NCBI GenBank assembly: GCA_046754245.1 | Contig: JBHHVL010000001.1 | Coordinates: 48,577 to 112,576 of the forward strand | Source: Candidatus Binatia bacterium | Lineage (GTDB): Bacteria; Desulfobacterota; Binatia; UBA1149 | DNA length: 64,000 nucleotides | Direction: 5' to 3' | Part shown: in pieces, positions 9,506 to 19,949 of the stretch | How positions within the stretch are numbered: the first letter of the stretch is position 1 | Layout: each line of letters starts with the position of its first letter | Notes under the pieces: generated by a model | What the model was told of the DNA's origin: nothing | Database searches by the model: none | What the model saw: only the letters and a program-made list of their open reading frames with translations | Translations under genes and position numbers: made by a program

Positions 9506-10243
9506 ATGATAGCGGTCACCAACCTGACAAAGAGCTACGGGACGTTTACAGCGGTAGACGACGTATCCTTCAAGGCCGAAAAGGGCCAGGCCTTGGGTTT
9601 TCTCGGTCCCAACGGCGCTGGGAAAACCACCACCATGAGGGTAATCACCGGGTTCATGCCGGCGACATCGGGCACCGTCACCGTTGAAGGCTTTGACGTC
9701 TTCGAGAACTCGCTCGAGGTCAGGCGGCGTATCGGCTACATGCCGGAGCACCCCCCCCTGTATCTGGAAATGAAGGTGCGTAGCTACCTCGAGCACGTGG
9801 CGCGCCTGAAATCGGTGGAGGCCAAGCGAGCCGGAGAGGCCGCCGAACGGGCCATCGGAGAATGCGGCTTGGAGTCCGTCGCCGGCAGGCTCTGCGGACA
9901 CCTGTCAAAAGGATACCGGCAGAGGGTAGGACTCGCTCAGGCCCTCATCCATCGTCCCGAAGTTCTGGTCCTCGACGAACCAACCGCCGGCCTCGACCCG
10001 GCCCAGATCATCGAAATACGAGAGTTGATACGAACACTCGCCTCGGAAAGAACGGTCATACTGTCCACCCACATCCTCCCCGAGGTGGTACAGATTTGCC
10101 AGAAGGTGGTGATCATCAACGAAGGACGCGTGGCGCTGGACGCCGATCTGGGCGAACTGCTCGCTCAGGGGAATCTAGAAGAAGAATACATGCGCCACGT
10201 CGGTGGCGAGACCACCGCTGACCGGAACCTTGGCGATGCGTAA
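9506..10243 (+). CDS. ABC transporter ATP-binding protein (GldA-like)
   Basis: Walker A GPNGAGKTT, signature LSKGYRQR, Walker B VLVLDEP, STH switch. Confidence 0.92.
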   Translation: MIAVTNLTKSYGTFTAVDDVSFKAEKGQALGFLGPNGAGKTTTMRVITGFMPATSGTVTVEGFDVFENSLEVRRRIGYMPEHPPLYLEMKVRSYLEHVARLKSVEAKRAGEAAERAIGECGLESVAGRLCGHLSKGYRQRVGLAQALIHRPEVLVLDEPTAGLDPAQIIEIRELIRTLASERTVILSTHILPEVVQICQKVVIINEGRVALDADLGELLAQGNLEEEYMRHVGGETTADRNLGDA

Positions 10244-11009
10244 CGCGCTGACGATAGCGTGGCGTGACATACGCTCCGTGTTCGTTTCGCCCATCGCCTA
10301 CGTCGTACTCACCGGCTTCACGCTTCTCGGCGGCTGGTTCTTCTTTAACCTGCTCGGACAGTTCAACCGCATGGTCGCGATTTACTCGGGTTTGCAGGGG
10401 GCCGACACGACCTGGCTGAACCTCAACGACGCAGTGATCGCTCCGCTCCTGTCCAACCTTTCCATCGTACTCGTCATTCTGATGCCGATGATTACCATGC
10501 GGAGCTTCGCCGAGGAACGCAGTCAGGGTACTTACGAGCTGCTGTTCACCGCTCCGCTCAAGGTTTACGAAATCGTGATAGGCAAGTTCCTTGCCGGCTG
10601 CTTGATGGTGACCCTGATGATGGGGTTGTCGCTGCTCTTTCCGACCATTCTTTTTGTGTACGGTAATCCGGAAGCGGGGCTCGTCATCGGTGGGTTCGCA
10701 GGGCTCTACCTAATGGCCATCTGCTTCGTCGCCATCGGGAATTTCACCTCGGCGCTCACCTCGAACCAGATCATCGCCGCGATCAGCGCCCTGGTCATAC
10801 TCTTGCTCCTGTTCGTGATCAGCTGGCCCGCTGAAAGCGCCGGCGAGCCCCTCAAGGCAGTGCTCCTCTACCTCTCGGTGACCGAGCATTTCCGTGTGAT
10901 GGTTCGCGGAGTCGTCGACACAACCGACCTCGTTTACTTCGCAAGCCTCACGGCCGTATTCATGTTTCTTACACACAGGGCGATCGAATCCGCCAGGTGG
11001 AAATCGTGA
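10236..11009 (+). CDS. ABC-2 type permease (GldF-like)
   Basis: MRNALTIAWRD...SPIAY, TMRSFAEERSQGTYELLFTAP; about 6 TM helices; start moved to ATG 10236. Confidence 0.88.
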   Translation: MRNALTIAWRDIRSVFVSPIAYVVLTGFTLLGGWFFFNLLGQFNRMVAIYSGLQGADTTWLNLNDAVIAPLLSNLSIVLVILMPMITMRSFAEERSQGTYELLFTAPLKVYEIVIGKFLAGCLMVTLMMGLSLLFPTILFVYGNPEAGLVIGGFAGLYLMAICFVAIGNFTSALTSNQIIAAISALVILLLLFVISWPAESAGEPLKAVLLYLSVTEHFRVMVRGVVDTTDLVYFASLTAVFMFLTHRAIESARWKS

Positions 11010-12571
11010 CCAAGAGGGCTCCGGTGCTGGCGATCACGGGTTTGGTCCTCGTCGTTTTCGGGGTGCTGTCCCATCTGCTGACGCGGCATCCTGCTCAGGG
11101 CTTCTTCAGCTTCGGCTGGTACTCACTCGCCCACCTCGTCCTCGGGGCCACGGCCCTCGCCGCGTACTTCTACAGCGGTTCGGTAGGCTCGTTTGCGGAT
11201 TTTGTGCGCCAGCGTTCAACGCGATACGGCGTCAACGCCATGGTCTATTCGCTGCTCTTTGTCGTGGTGGTGATGATGGTGAACTACACCGGCAAACTCC
11301 ACCACCGCCGTTTCGACCTGAGCGCCTCCGGCGTCAACAGCATCGCCCAGCAGTCCCGTGAGGTACTTGCTAAACTCGAGGGAGAACTCCGCATCGACGC
11401 CTTTGTCGAGGGCGGCGTCGACCCGGTCCTTCAAGAGCTGCTGCAGGCCTACCGTTACGAAAGCGACCTTGTCAAGTATCGGCTCATCGATCCTCAGATC
11501 CGTCCTGAGCTCGCGCAGAGCGCGGCGATCAGCCAGGTGCCATCCATCAAGATCTACCTTGGCGACCAGAGCACCCTGGTCACCAAGACCGACGAAGGAA
11601 CCATCACCAACGGCATCAACAGCCTAGTCGGAGGGGGGCGCAAGACCATCTACTTTGTCGAAGGGCACGGAGAGCCGGACATTTCCGACAGTCGAAAGCC
11701 CGGGGGCCTCGGTCTGTTCGCGCAAGCCCTGACCAACCAGAACTACCTCGTAGAGAAACTGTTTCTCCCCGACCAAGAAGGCGTGCCCGAGAACGCCAGC
11801 GTGCTCGTTCTTCCCGCCGCCACGAAGGCCTATTTCCCCCATGAACTCGATGCCCTCGAGCGCTACCTGACGAGCGGGGGCCGTGTCATGGTACTGCTAG
11901 AGCCCCGCCAGAGTCCTGACCTCGTAGAGTTTCTCGCGAAATGGGGCGTCAAGGTGGGCGATGACGTCATCATCGACCAACAGGTCAAGCTTTTTCAGGG
12001 GCTGACGCTGGGGCTTGAGCCCGTAGTGTCCCGCTACAGCAAACATCCGGCCGTCAAGGCGATGAAGGAACGCAGCCTGCTGTCCCTGGCGCGATCGGTA
12101 AGTCCGGACCCCGATCCCGACAAGAAGCTCCTCGTCAAGCCACTAGCCTTCAGCGCCCAGACTAGCTGGGGAGAAACCGACCTCGAGCGCCTCTTCGACA
12201 ACAGCGAAGCCCAACTCGGCGACGACGATCTAAAGGGACCTGTTCCGGTCGCGGTCGCTGTAAGCGCTGCGGTAAAGGATCTTGGCGGTGAAGGCGACGG
12301 CGAATTTGAAATGATCGTGTTCGGGGATTTCACGTTCGTCACGAACCAGTATTTCAGGCAGTTGTTCAACGATTCGCTGGCGCTGAGCACGATGGCCTGG
12401 CTGGCTGGTGAAGGACAGCTCGTCTCGATCCCGCCGCGTGCCATCAGGGCATCGAGGGCCTACCTTTCGGCTAGGGAAGGCCGCAACGTCTTTTACCTGT
12501 CCGTGCTCGTGCTTCCCGAGACCATTCTGTTGATCGGACTCCTCGTCTGGTGGAGGCGGAGCGCCCTGTGA
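11006..12571 (+). CDS. GldG-like ABC transporter auxiliary component
   Basis: RFDLS, IYFVEGHGE, YLTSGGRVMVLLEP, VFGD, C-terminal TM ending WWRR; GTGA overlap with the permease stop. Confidence 0.85.
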   Translation: MTKRAPVLAITGLVLVVFGVLSHLLTRHPAQGFFSFGWYSLAHLVLGATALAAYFYSGSVGSFADFVRQRSTRYGVNAMVYSLLFVVVVMMVNYTGKLHHRRFDLSASGVNSIAQQSREVLAKLEGELRIDAFVEGGVDPVLQELLQAYRYESDLVKYRLIDPQIRPELAQSAAISQVPSIKIYLGDQSTLVTKTDEGTITNGINSLVGGGRKTIYFVEGHGEPDISDSRKPGGLGLFAQALTNQNYLVEKLFLPDQEGVPENASVLVLPAATKAYFPHELDALERYLTSGGRVMVLLEPRQSPDLVEFLAKWGVKVGDDVIIDQQVKLFQGLTLGLEPVVSRYSKHPAVKAMKERSLLSLARSVSPDPDPDKKLLVKPLAFSAQTSWGETDLERLFDNSEAQLGDDDLKGPVPVAVAVSAAVKDLGGEGDGEFEMIVFGDFTFVTNQYFRQLFNDSLALSTMAWLAGEGQLVSIPPRAIRASRAYLSAREGRNVFYLSVLVLPETILLIGLLVWWRRSAL

Positions 12572-13980
12572 AGCTCTGGCGAACCCTCGTGCTGGCGTTG
12601 TTCGCCGCCGGGTTCGGATCCTACCTCTACTACATAGAAAAGCCCCGCATGGAGGCCGAAGAGCAGGCGACCCGCCTCCTTGTGTTCGACGCCTCGGAGG
12701 TTGAGGCGCTGAGGCTTTCCTACCCCGACGGGCTCGCCATAGGGCTTGAACGACAAGGCACGAACTGGACGATCATCGAGCCCCTGAGGACGAAAGCCGA
12801 TTCGACCGTGGTGGATCGCCTGGTTACCGCCATTCACGACGCCAAGGTCGAGCGTCGCATGGATTCCGACGAAGTGGCCGAACTCAAGGTCTACGGCCTC
12901 GAGGGCGACGGCACGCAGGCTCGGGTAGAACTCCGGGTCGCGGGTAATACGCTTCCGGCCATAGTCGTCGGCGATACGACGCCCGTGGGTTTCCAGGCTT
13001 TCGTCCGAGTAGAGGGCAGCGACCAGGTCATGGTCACCCCCCTGCTCTTCCACTCCGGAGTGAAAAAGTCGCTGTTCGATCTGAGGGAGAAGCGGCTGTT
13101 TGCGGTCGATACCCGAAACGCCGTCGGGATGTCCTTGGAAGGAAGCAGCGGGAACTTCGTTCTCGAACGTGCCGGTGATGACTGGCTGATCTCCTCCCCC
13201 GTATCGGAGCGCGCCGACGCTGACCTGGTCAGAAACCTATTGGCGTCGCTCGGCGGTATACGTGCACTGGCGTTCATCGACGATGGCGACATCGACGAGG
13301 AGGCCTTTGGCCTGACCGAGCCCTCCCTCCGGGTAACGGTCCGCCTTGGAGACGGTACCCAGGCGGGGTTCGCCCTCGGTGGCGCCGCCAGCGACCAAGC
13401 CAGCGAGGGGCTCTACCTCCAACGCCAATCCGACGGTCAGGTAGCGACCGTCGCACAAGACGTAGTCGCCAAGTTCGACAAGAACCTCGGTGAACTCCGA
13501 GACAAGACCATTCTGGGCTGCGACCCGACGGAAGTCCGCGCCATGAACTTTGAACGAGCGGACGGTCAAGGGTTCAGACTGTACGTGGACGACGACAACA
13601 AGTGGCACATCCTGCCGGCGGCCGAGGGTCGTTTGTTGAAAGAGTCTCAGATTATCAGGGCACGCAGGAACCTGGCCGAACTCGCGGCCAAGGAAATCGT
13701 TAACGGCGACGGGAACGATCCCGCCGTGCTGGCCCGCTACGGCCTAGACGAACCCACGGTCCAGGTGGAAATGTTCCGCGAGGACGGCACCACTTGCGGC
13801 AGCGCCATGGCGCGGGCCATGGAGAGCACCGAAGGTGATACCCGCTACTACTTCAAGAGAACCGATAGCACTACTATCATGACGGCTCCCGAATACCTGT
13901 TCTCCAGGATGGATCTGAGGCCCGATGATGTGCTGTCAGCACGACCGATCGATGGTTCATCAGAGCCCTCTACCCCTTGA
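12568..13980 (+). CDS. DUF4340 domain-containing protein
   Basis: N-terminal anchor; repeated units with YGL/FGL and LREKRL/LRDKTI; typical position after GldG-like genes. Confidence 0.8.
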   Translation: MKLWRTLVLALFAAGFGSYLYYIEKPRMEAEEQATRLLVFDASEVEALRLSYPDGLAIGLERQGTNWTIIEPLRTKADSTVVDRLVTAIHDAKVERRMDSDEVAELKVYGLEGDGTQARVELRVAGNTLPAIVVGDTTPVGFQAFVRVEGSDQVMVTPLLFHSGVKKSLFDLREKRLFAVDTRNAVGMSLEGSSGNFVLERAGDDWLISSPVSERADADLVRNLLASLGGIRALAFIDDGDIDEEAFGLTEPSLRVTVRLGDGTQAGFALGGAASDQASEGLYLQRQSDGQVATVAQDVVAKFDKNLGELRDKTILGCDPTEVRAMNFERADGQGFRLYVDDDNKWHILPAAEGRLLKESQIIRARRNLAELAAKEIVNGDGNDPAVLARYGLDEPTVQVEMFREDGTTCGSAMARAMESTEGDTRYYFKRTDSTTIMTAPEYLFSRMDLRPDDVLSARPIDGSSEPSTP

Positions 13981-14019
13981 AGGTTCGGATCCGCGTTTGG
14001 TTCTGCCTGGACAGGAGCC

Positions 14020-15096
14020 TCAGCGCAGCGCGTCCAGAAACCGCGCCATCTCCTCGTTGCTTCCGACCGAGATCCGGACCCCTTCGGCCAGCGCTTCGGT
14101 GTGAAAATATCGCACGAGCACACCGGCGTCACGTAGGCGACGGAAGACGTTGGCACCCCCTCGCCGGCCGCAGTGCAGCCAGAAGAAATTCGCCTGGCTA
14201 TCGTCGACCTGCCACCCACGGTCCCTGAGGCGTGCTATGGTTTCTTCCCTGGTACACTTGATCCTTTCTACGTTGCGGCGCATCCACTCGTGATCGTCGA
14301 ACGCCGCGCAGCCGGCGACCTGCGCCAACCGCGAACAGTTGTACGAATCCTTGACCTTCAATAGCTCTTCAACTAAGGCCGAGCTGGCCAGGCCGAAACC
14401 CACCCTCGCGCCAGCAAGGGAAAAGGATTTCGACAAGGTACGACTCACCAACAGATTGGGAAAGTCCGGCAAAATAGCGACCGCCGACTCCCTGTCGGAA
14501 AACTCTATATACGCTTCATCCGAAACCACCAGACCATCGACGCAGCGGCAAAGTCGGGCGAGTTCCGCCAAGTCTACCACTTCGCCCTTCGGAGAATTGG
14601 GCCGGCATACGAAGACGACCCTGGCACCTGAATCGAAGAGAGCTCCCGGCAGGACAGAATCCTGGACAGACCCGGTCCCGGCGATCGGCGCGCTGATGAC
14701 GCGGGCACCGGCTACTTGGGCAAGCGTCTCGTACAGCGAATAAGTCGGAACCGGCCACGCAACCGTCTCGCCGCTCTGCACACAAGCCCGCAGGATCATG
14801 GCGAGAATTTCGTCGGATCCGTTCCCCACGATTACCTGTGAGGGCTCTACCCCATAAAAATCCGCGGCTTTCTCCCTCAATCGATCGCCCAGGGGCGAAG
14901 GGTACAATCGCAGGTCGTCTCCGTCCAGTCCCTCTAGGGCCTTGCAGACCGCGGGAGACGGAGGGTAAGGATTCTCGTTGGTGTTCAACTTTACCAGCGC
15001 ACGCTCCATGGGTTGCTCGCCAGGAACGTACCCGCACATCTCACGGATCCGCTGGCTGACCGGAGTGCGGGCTTCGGCTCCGAGTGGTGTTTTCAC
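14020..15096 (-). CDS. hisC: Histidinol-phosphate aminotransferase
   Basis: YVPGEQP, KLNTNENPY, GNGSDE, DEAY, RTLSKSFSLAGARVG. Confidence 0.93.
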   Translation of the reverse strand: MKTPLGAEARTPVSQRIREMCGYVPGEQPMERALVKLNTNENPYPPSPAVCKALEGLDGDDLRLYPSPLGDRLREKAADFYGVEPSQVIVGNGSDEILAMILRACVQSGETVAWPVPTYSLYETLAQVAGARVISAPIAGTGSVQDSVLPGALFDSGARVVFVCRPNSPKGEVVDLAELARLCRCVDGLVVSDEAYIEFSDRESAVAILPDFPNLLVSRTLSKSFSLAGARVGFGLASSALVEELLKVKDSYNCSRLAQVAGCAAFDDHEWMRRNVERIKCTREETIARLRDRGWQVDDSQANFFWLHCGRRGGANVFRRLRDAGVLVRYFHTEALAEGVRISVGSNEEMARFLDALR

Positions 15097-16508
15097 CGAC
15101 CGGGAACCGGTGGACGCCGTGGCGCGCCTCTCGAGGGGGCGGTGTCTTTCTCCAGGGCCCTGATCCGATTGGCCGCTTTCGCCCGTTCTTCGCCATTCTC
15201 CTCCAAACCCGGGAGCGACTGCTTGTAGTACGAAAGAGCCTGCAGCTTCTTTGCCTCCAGGTCGCTCGCGGTTGCAAGATAGAAGAACCCCCGTTCCCGT
15301 TTACCCACACGGTCGAGCGCACGAGCAAGGGTCCGCGCGGCCTGTGGGCGCCACGGAAACATCTTGAACGAGCTCTCGAGCCTTTCTATCGCATGCTGGA
15401 AATCCCCCTGCAGATAGTCGAGTTCGCCGAGGTCTTCCAGAGCGTTCCAGTCTTCGTCGTCTGAGGCTACCGCACGTATCAGCCTCGAGCGCGCCGCCTC
15501 GTACTTTCCGCGCCTAAGCAGAGCCCTTCCCAGTTCTCTGTCGACCGACCGGCCCAGTTTCTCCGCTTCGGAGAGATATTTCTCGGCCATAACGTACTCC
15601 TCACCGTGGAGCATCAGCAGCCCGATGAGTTCGAGTTCCGCCGGGCGAGAAATCTCGTCTGCACGGCTGAGCCTCCTTTCGTAAACGGGGACCGCTTGCT
15701 CGCGGGTCTGCGACATGGCTCGGGCAATGGTCGCGGCCCGTTCGAGTCGTCGGCTCATCACGGCCGGGGGAAGGTTCCACTCAAGGCTGCGGAGCTTGGA
15801 CTCCATGTTCGCCATCCGCTCACCGGTGAGCGGGTGGGACAGGAAGTAAGGCGGCACGTTGGTCGGATTGAGCTTCTGCTCATCGTAGATGACCCTCAGC
15901 AGGCCGAGCATCGCACTGGGATCAAATCCGGCATCGCGAACGTAATCGAGACCAAGGAAATCCGCTTCTCTCTCGAAATCCCTCTGGTACTTGAGGTTTT
16001 GTCCGAGCCCCGCGGCCATGGCCGCCTGCCCAAGAATCGGATTGATCATCGACAGAAATACCCCGGCCAGGGCCGCGTAGTTGCCTGCGGCGCTCTTCTG
16101 TTGCTGCCTGATCGCGTGATGGGCATGTACGTGAGCGATCTCGTGCGCCAGTACGCCAGCCAGAGCGTCTTCCGAACTTACCCTGGAGATCAGACCGGCG
16201 TGAACGTAGATCTTTCCCCCCGGAACGGCGAACGCGTTGATGGAATCATCCGCGACGACAGCGAACTCGTAGTCGAAAGGCTGATGGCCAACAGCCTCTA
16301 CGAGAGCGTCCCCGATATCCGTAACCATGCGGTTGATCTCGTAGTCGTCGGACAGTGGGAGCTGTTGCCGCGCCTGGAGCGAGAACTCTTCGCCGAGTTC
16401 CTTTTCCATCGCGATTGACGCCGCCGCCGGGCCAAGGCCAGCCGGCACCAAGGCTGCGGCCCCCAACATGATAGCAGGCAGTTTCGCCCAGACTTGATTC
16501 AAGTGCAC
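15093..16508 (-). CDS. M48 family metalloprotease with TPR repeats (BepA/YfgC-like)
   Basis: NAFAVPGG, HEIAH zincin motif, EREAD, LSHP; TPR C-terminus; signal peptide. Start chosen at GTG 16508. Confidence 0.87.
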   Translation of the reverse strand: MHLNQVWAKLPAIMLGAAALVPAGLGPAAASIAMEKELGEEFSLQARQQLPLSDDYEINRMVTDIGDALVEAVGHQPFDYEFAVVADDSINAFAVPGGKIYVHAGLISRVSSEDALAGVLAHEIAHVHAHHAIRQQQKSAAGNYAALAGVFLSMINPILGQAAMAAGLGQNLKYQRDFEREADFLGLDYVRDAGFDPSAMLGLLRVIYDEQKLNPTNVPPYFLSHPLTGERMANMESKLRSLEWNLPPAVMSRRLERAATIARAMSQTREQAVPVYERRLSRADEISRPAELELIGLLMLHGEEYVMAEKYLSEAEKLGRSVDRELGRALLRRGKYEAARSRLIRAVASDDEDWNALEDLGELDYLQGDFQHAIERLESSFKMFPWRPQAARTLARALDRVGKRERGFFYLATASDLEAKKLQALSYYKQSLPGLEENGEERAKAANRIRALEKDTAPSRGAPRRPPVPGR

Positions 16509-16512
16509 GGTT

Positions 16513-17484
16513 TCAAAAATCGCCGGCAGCGAACCCCGTTGCAAAGTAGCTGATGATCATGTCGGCTCCCGCACGCTTGATGGATACCAGTGCCTCTCTA
16601 ACCGTCCGCCTTTCGTCGATCCAGCCCTTTAGCGCAGCGGCCTTGATCATAGAGTACTCGCCACTGACCTGGTAAGCGGCCAAGGGACACGAGAAGGCGT
16701 CCTTTACCGAACGTATGACATCCAGATACGGCAACGCCGGTTTTACCATCACAATATCTGCGCCCTCTTCGATGTCCAGAGCTACCTCTCTCAACGCCTC
16801 CTCGGCGTTGGCGCCGTCCATCTGATAGGACTGGCGGTCCCCGAAACGGGGCGCCGATTCGGCCGCGTCTCGAAACGGACCGTAAAACCCCGAACAAAAC
16901 TTGGCCGCGTAGGACATGATCGGCAAATTATCGAAGCCGTGCTCGTCGAGTGTGTCGCGAATAGCCTCTACCCGACCATCCATCATGTCCGAAGGCGCGA
17001 CGAGGTCGGCGCCCGCGCGAGCGTGGGACAGAGCCGCGGCGGCCAGCAGTTCGACCGTAGCGTCGTTGGCAACGTCTTCACCCTCGAGCACTCCACAGTG
17101 CCCATGGTCGGTATACTCGCAGAGACAGACGTCTGTTATTACCTGCAGGTCCGGAGCGGCCTTCTTGATAGCACCGACCGCCGTTTGCACGACCCCGTCG
17201 GCCTCAAGCGCTTCGCTTCCTCGCGCGTCTTTCCCCACAGGAATACCGAACAGAAGAACCGCCGGTATCCCCAGGTCCATTGACCGCGAGGCGCTCTCTA
17301 CGACCTTGTCCACGGACTGCTGAAATACCCCTGGCATGGCGGCTACCTCTCGTTCGATACCGCGTCCAGGACAGACAAAATACGGCTGTATGAGATCGTC
17401 GACGCCGACTCCGGTCTCGCGAACCATGCGCCTCAACGTCGAGTTTGACCGCAGTCTGCGCAGTCTCTGGCGGGGGTAGGCCAT
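16513..17484 (-). CDS. hemB: Porphobilinogen synthase
   Basis: [36 protein letters not shown]. Confidence 0.97.
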   Translation of the reverse strand: MAYPRQRLRRLRSNSTLRRMVRETGVGVDDLIQPYFVCPGRGIEREVAAMPGVFQQSVDKVVESASRSMDLGIPAVLLFGIPVGKDARGSEALEADGVVQTAVGAIKKAAPDLQVITDVCLCEYTDHGHCGVLEGEDVANDATVELLAAAALSHARAGADLVAPSDMMDGRVEAIRDTLDEHGFDNLPIMSYAAKFCSGFYGPFRDAAESAPRFGDRQSYQMDGANAEEALREVALDIEEGADIVMVKPALPYLDVIRSVKDAFSCPLAAYQVSGEYSMIKAAALKGWIDERRTVREALVSIKRAGADMIISYFATGFAAGDF

Positions 17485-17496
17485 CAGGCGGAAATG

Positions 17497-19023
17497 CTAT
17501 TTTAGTGACCCGCGTTTTGCAAAGAACTCCGCGATGGCCTTCGCGAGTTCAGGAATGGTGTAGTGTTTCGGTATCACCGCCGCTTCGACGCCCAACTCGC
17601 GCAAAGTGGCAGCAGTGACGGGCCCTATGGCAGCTACCCGACGGCCGGAAAGCAACGCCGCCGATTTACCGCCGTTCATGGTATCGAAGTTTCTAGCGGC
17701 GCTTGAACTCGCGAAGGTCACCATGTCGGCCCGGCCAAGATCCTCCAGCATACGTTCCCTGGCTTTGCGGTCGAGGTCCGGCACAACCGTGCGGTAGAGA
17801 GGAACGACGTCCACCTCGGCCCCGCGAGCCAGGAGCGTTTCCGGCAGCAGATCCCTCGCCACCGCGGCGCGGGCAAGTAGTATGCGCTTGCCCCGCACGT
17901 CATCAATGACGTCGAGTAGAGCCTCTGCTCTGTACTCGGTCGGTTGTACGGCGATCCTGATTCCTCGTTCCTCGACCGCCGCCGCCGTGGCCGGACCGAT
18001 CGCGGCCACCTTGACCCCGGCGAGGTCTCGTATGTCCCGGCCGGACCCGAGAAGTGCGTCAAAAAACCTGAGAGCCCCGTTTACGCTTGTCAACACCAAC
18101 CAGTCGTAGTTCGCCAAGCCATCCAGGGCCTGCTCGATGGGCTCCGGATCCAGGGGTTCACGAATCTCTATTGTCGGGTATTCGAGAACCTCTGCCCCTT
18201 GACTCTCGAGCAGACGGGACAGCTCGCCCGCCTGGTGACTGGCTCGTGTAACGACGATGCTCCTGCCAAACAAGGGGCGTTTCTCAAACCAACCGGTTTC
18301 GCCACCGAGCGCGGCAACCTCCCCTATCACGATCACGCCCGGAGGCTTGAGCCTCCGTTCGCGTATGGTCTGCGCCAGATCGGCGAGGCTACATACGACG
18401 CTTCGCTGGGACGGCAAGGTCCCTTTCGTGATCACGGCGGCTGGGCAGTCGCTACTCATGCCCGCGGCGACCAGACCGCGCCCTATTTGCTCAGCGTGCA
18501 GCATCGCCATCAGGAAGACCAGCGTCCCCCCTAACCCAGCCAGCCGGTCCCAGTCCGGGTGAAAATCTTCGCGACGTTCCCCAGGACTGCCCGTGACAAT
18601 CGTGACCAACGACGAGTAATCGCGATGGGTAAGCGGAATACCAGCGTAAGCGGGAACCGCAACCGCCGAGGTTACCCCAGGTACCACCTCGAGAGGGACT
18701 CCAGCCTCACGGCAGAACTGAATCTCCTCGCCCCCACGACCAAACACAAAGGGGTCTCCCCCTTTCAGACGCACCACCACTTTGCCGGCCTTCGCGTTCT
18801 CCACGAGCATGGCGTTGATGCACTCCTGGCTCACTTCCTCTCGACCGTGACGCTTACCCACCAGGATGATTTCCGCGCCCTCCGGTACGAGCGCCAGCAA
18901 GGCCGGATTGACGAGGTAATCGTACAGAACGACGTCGGCAGCCCCCAGGCATTCCACTCCGTGCAGCGTGAACAGCCCGCAGTCCCCCGGCCCGGCGCCC
19001 ACCAGATAGACCTTCCCCGTCAC
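17497..19023 (-). CDS. cobA: Uroporphyrinogen-III C-methyltransferase / uroporphyrinogen-III synthase fusion
   Basis: VYLVGAGPGD, RLKGGDPFVFGRGGEE; HemD half with VVTRA, TSVNG, IGPATA. Confidence 0.94.
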   Translation of the reverse strand: MTGKVYLVGAGPGDCGLFTLHGVECLGAADVVLYDYLVNPALLALVPEGAEIILVGKRHGREEVSQECINAMLVENAKAGKVVVRLKGGDPFVFGRGGEEIQFCREAGVPLEVVPGVTSAVAVPAYAGIPLTHRDYSSLVTIVTGSPGERREDFHPDWDRLAGLGGTLVFLMAMLHAEQIGRGLVAAGMSSDCPAAVITKGTLPSQRSVVCSLADLAQTIRERRLKPPGVIVIGEVAALGGETGWFEKRPLFGRSIVVTRASHQAGELSRLLESQGAEVLEYPTIEIREPLDPEPIEQALDGLANYDWLVLTSVNGALRFFDALLGSGRDIRDLAGVKVAAIGPATAAAVEERGIRIAVQPTEYRAEALLDVIDDVRGKRILLARAAVARDLLPETLLARGAEVDVVPLYRTVVPDLDRKARERMLEDLGRADMVTFASSSAARNFDTMNGGKSAALLSGRRVAAIGPVTAATLRELGVEAAVIPKHYTIPELAKAIAEFFAKRGSLK

Positions 19024-19949
19024 CGTGGCATCTCCAAGACTGCGAGAATCTCCTCGCCACCCGCGTCAAGCAGTCGACGACCGAGTCCGTAACCCAGTTC
19101 GAACGCCTCGCCGCGGGAACCCGTCTCCTGGTCCCGGACTACCATCTTGCCGTCCGGAGAGACGACCAGCCCCCACAGCCGCACCTCGTCGCCGTCCTCT
19201 TCACAGTACGCTCCTACTGGCAGGTAACAACTGCCTCCCAGACTCGCCGCCAGGCTTCTTTCCGCGTCCACGCAAGCCCGGCTCGACGCGTCCTGGATCG
19301 ACTCGAGCAGTTCGCGCCGACGGCTGTCATCCAGGCGCGCCGTCAGGCCGATAGCGCCTTGCCCCGGTGACGGGACGAAACGCCTCGGATCCAGCACTAC
19401 GGCGTGAGCCGGCGCGATGTTCACACCCAACCTCTCGATTCCGGCGCGCGCGAGCAAGGTCGCGTCGAAATCACCGGAGATCAGTCGCTTGAGCCTGGTC
19501 CCCACGTTGCCGCGTAACAGTTCGATACGCAGGTCCCCGCGCACTGCCAGGAGTTGTGCCGCGCGGCGAGGGCTGGTCGTACCCACGACCGCCCGTGGAG
19601 GCAGGCCCTCGAGCGAGTGACCGCCCAACGAGATCAACAGGTCGCTGGGATTTGCTCGCCGCGGCACCGCGGCGAGAGCCACACCTTCAGGCAGCTCCGA
19701 TGGAACGTCCTTGAGGGAATGGACGGCACAATCAATGTCGCCGCCTAGGAGAGCCTCGTCTAGCTCCCGCACGAACAGGCCCTTTCCTCCACAATCCCGG
19801 AGAGGCCGATCCCGCACACGGTCTCCGGTTGTGCTCACGCGCACGATTTCGACCTCAAGCCGATCGCAGGAGGCTTCGAGTACGGTGGCAACCTGACGGG
19901 TCTGTGCCACGGCGAGAGGACTGCCGCGGGTACCTATCCGCAGCTTCAC
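19020..19949 (-). CDS. hemC: Hydroxymethylbilane synthase
   Basis: RIGTRGSPLA, KGLFVREL, VHSLKDVP, RGNVGTR, GGSCYLP. Confidence 0.96.
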   Translation of the reverse strand: MKLRIGTRGSPLAVAQTRQVATVLEASCDRLEVEIVRVSTTGDRVRDRPLRDCGGKGLFVRELDEALLGGDIDCAVHSLKDVPSELPEGVALAAVPRRANPSDLLISLGGHSLEGLPPRAVVGTTSPRRAAQLLAVRGDLRIELLRGNVGTRLKRLISGDFDATLLARAGIERLGVNIAPAHAVVLDPRRFVPSPGQGAIGLTARLDDSRRRELLESIQDASSRACVDAERSLAASLGGSCYLPVGAYCEEDGDEVRLWGLVVSPDGKMVVRDQETGSRGEAFELGYGLGRRLLDAGGEEILAVLEMPR

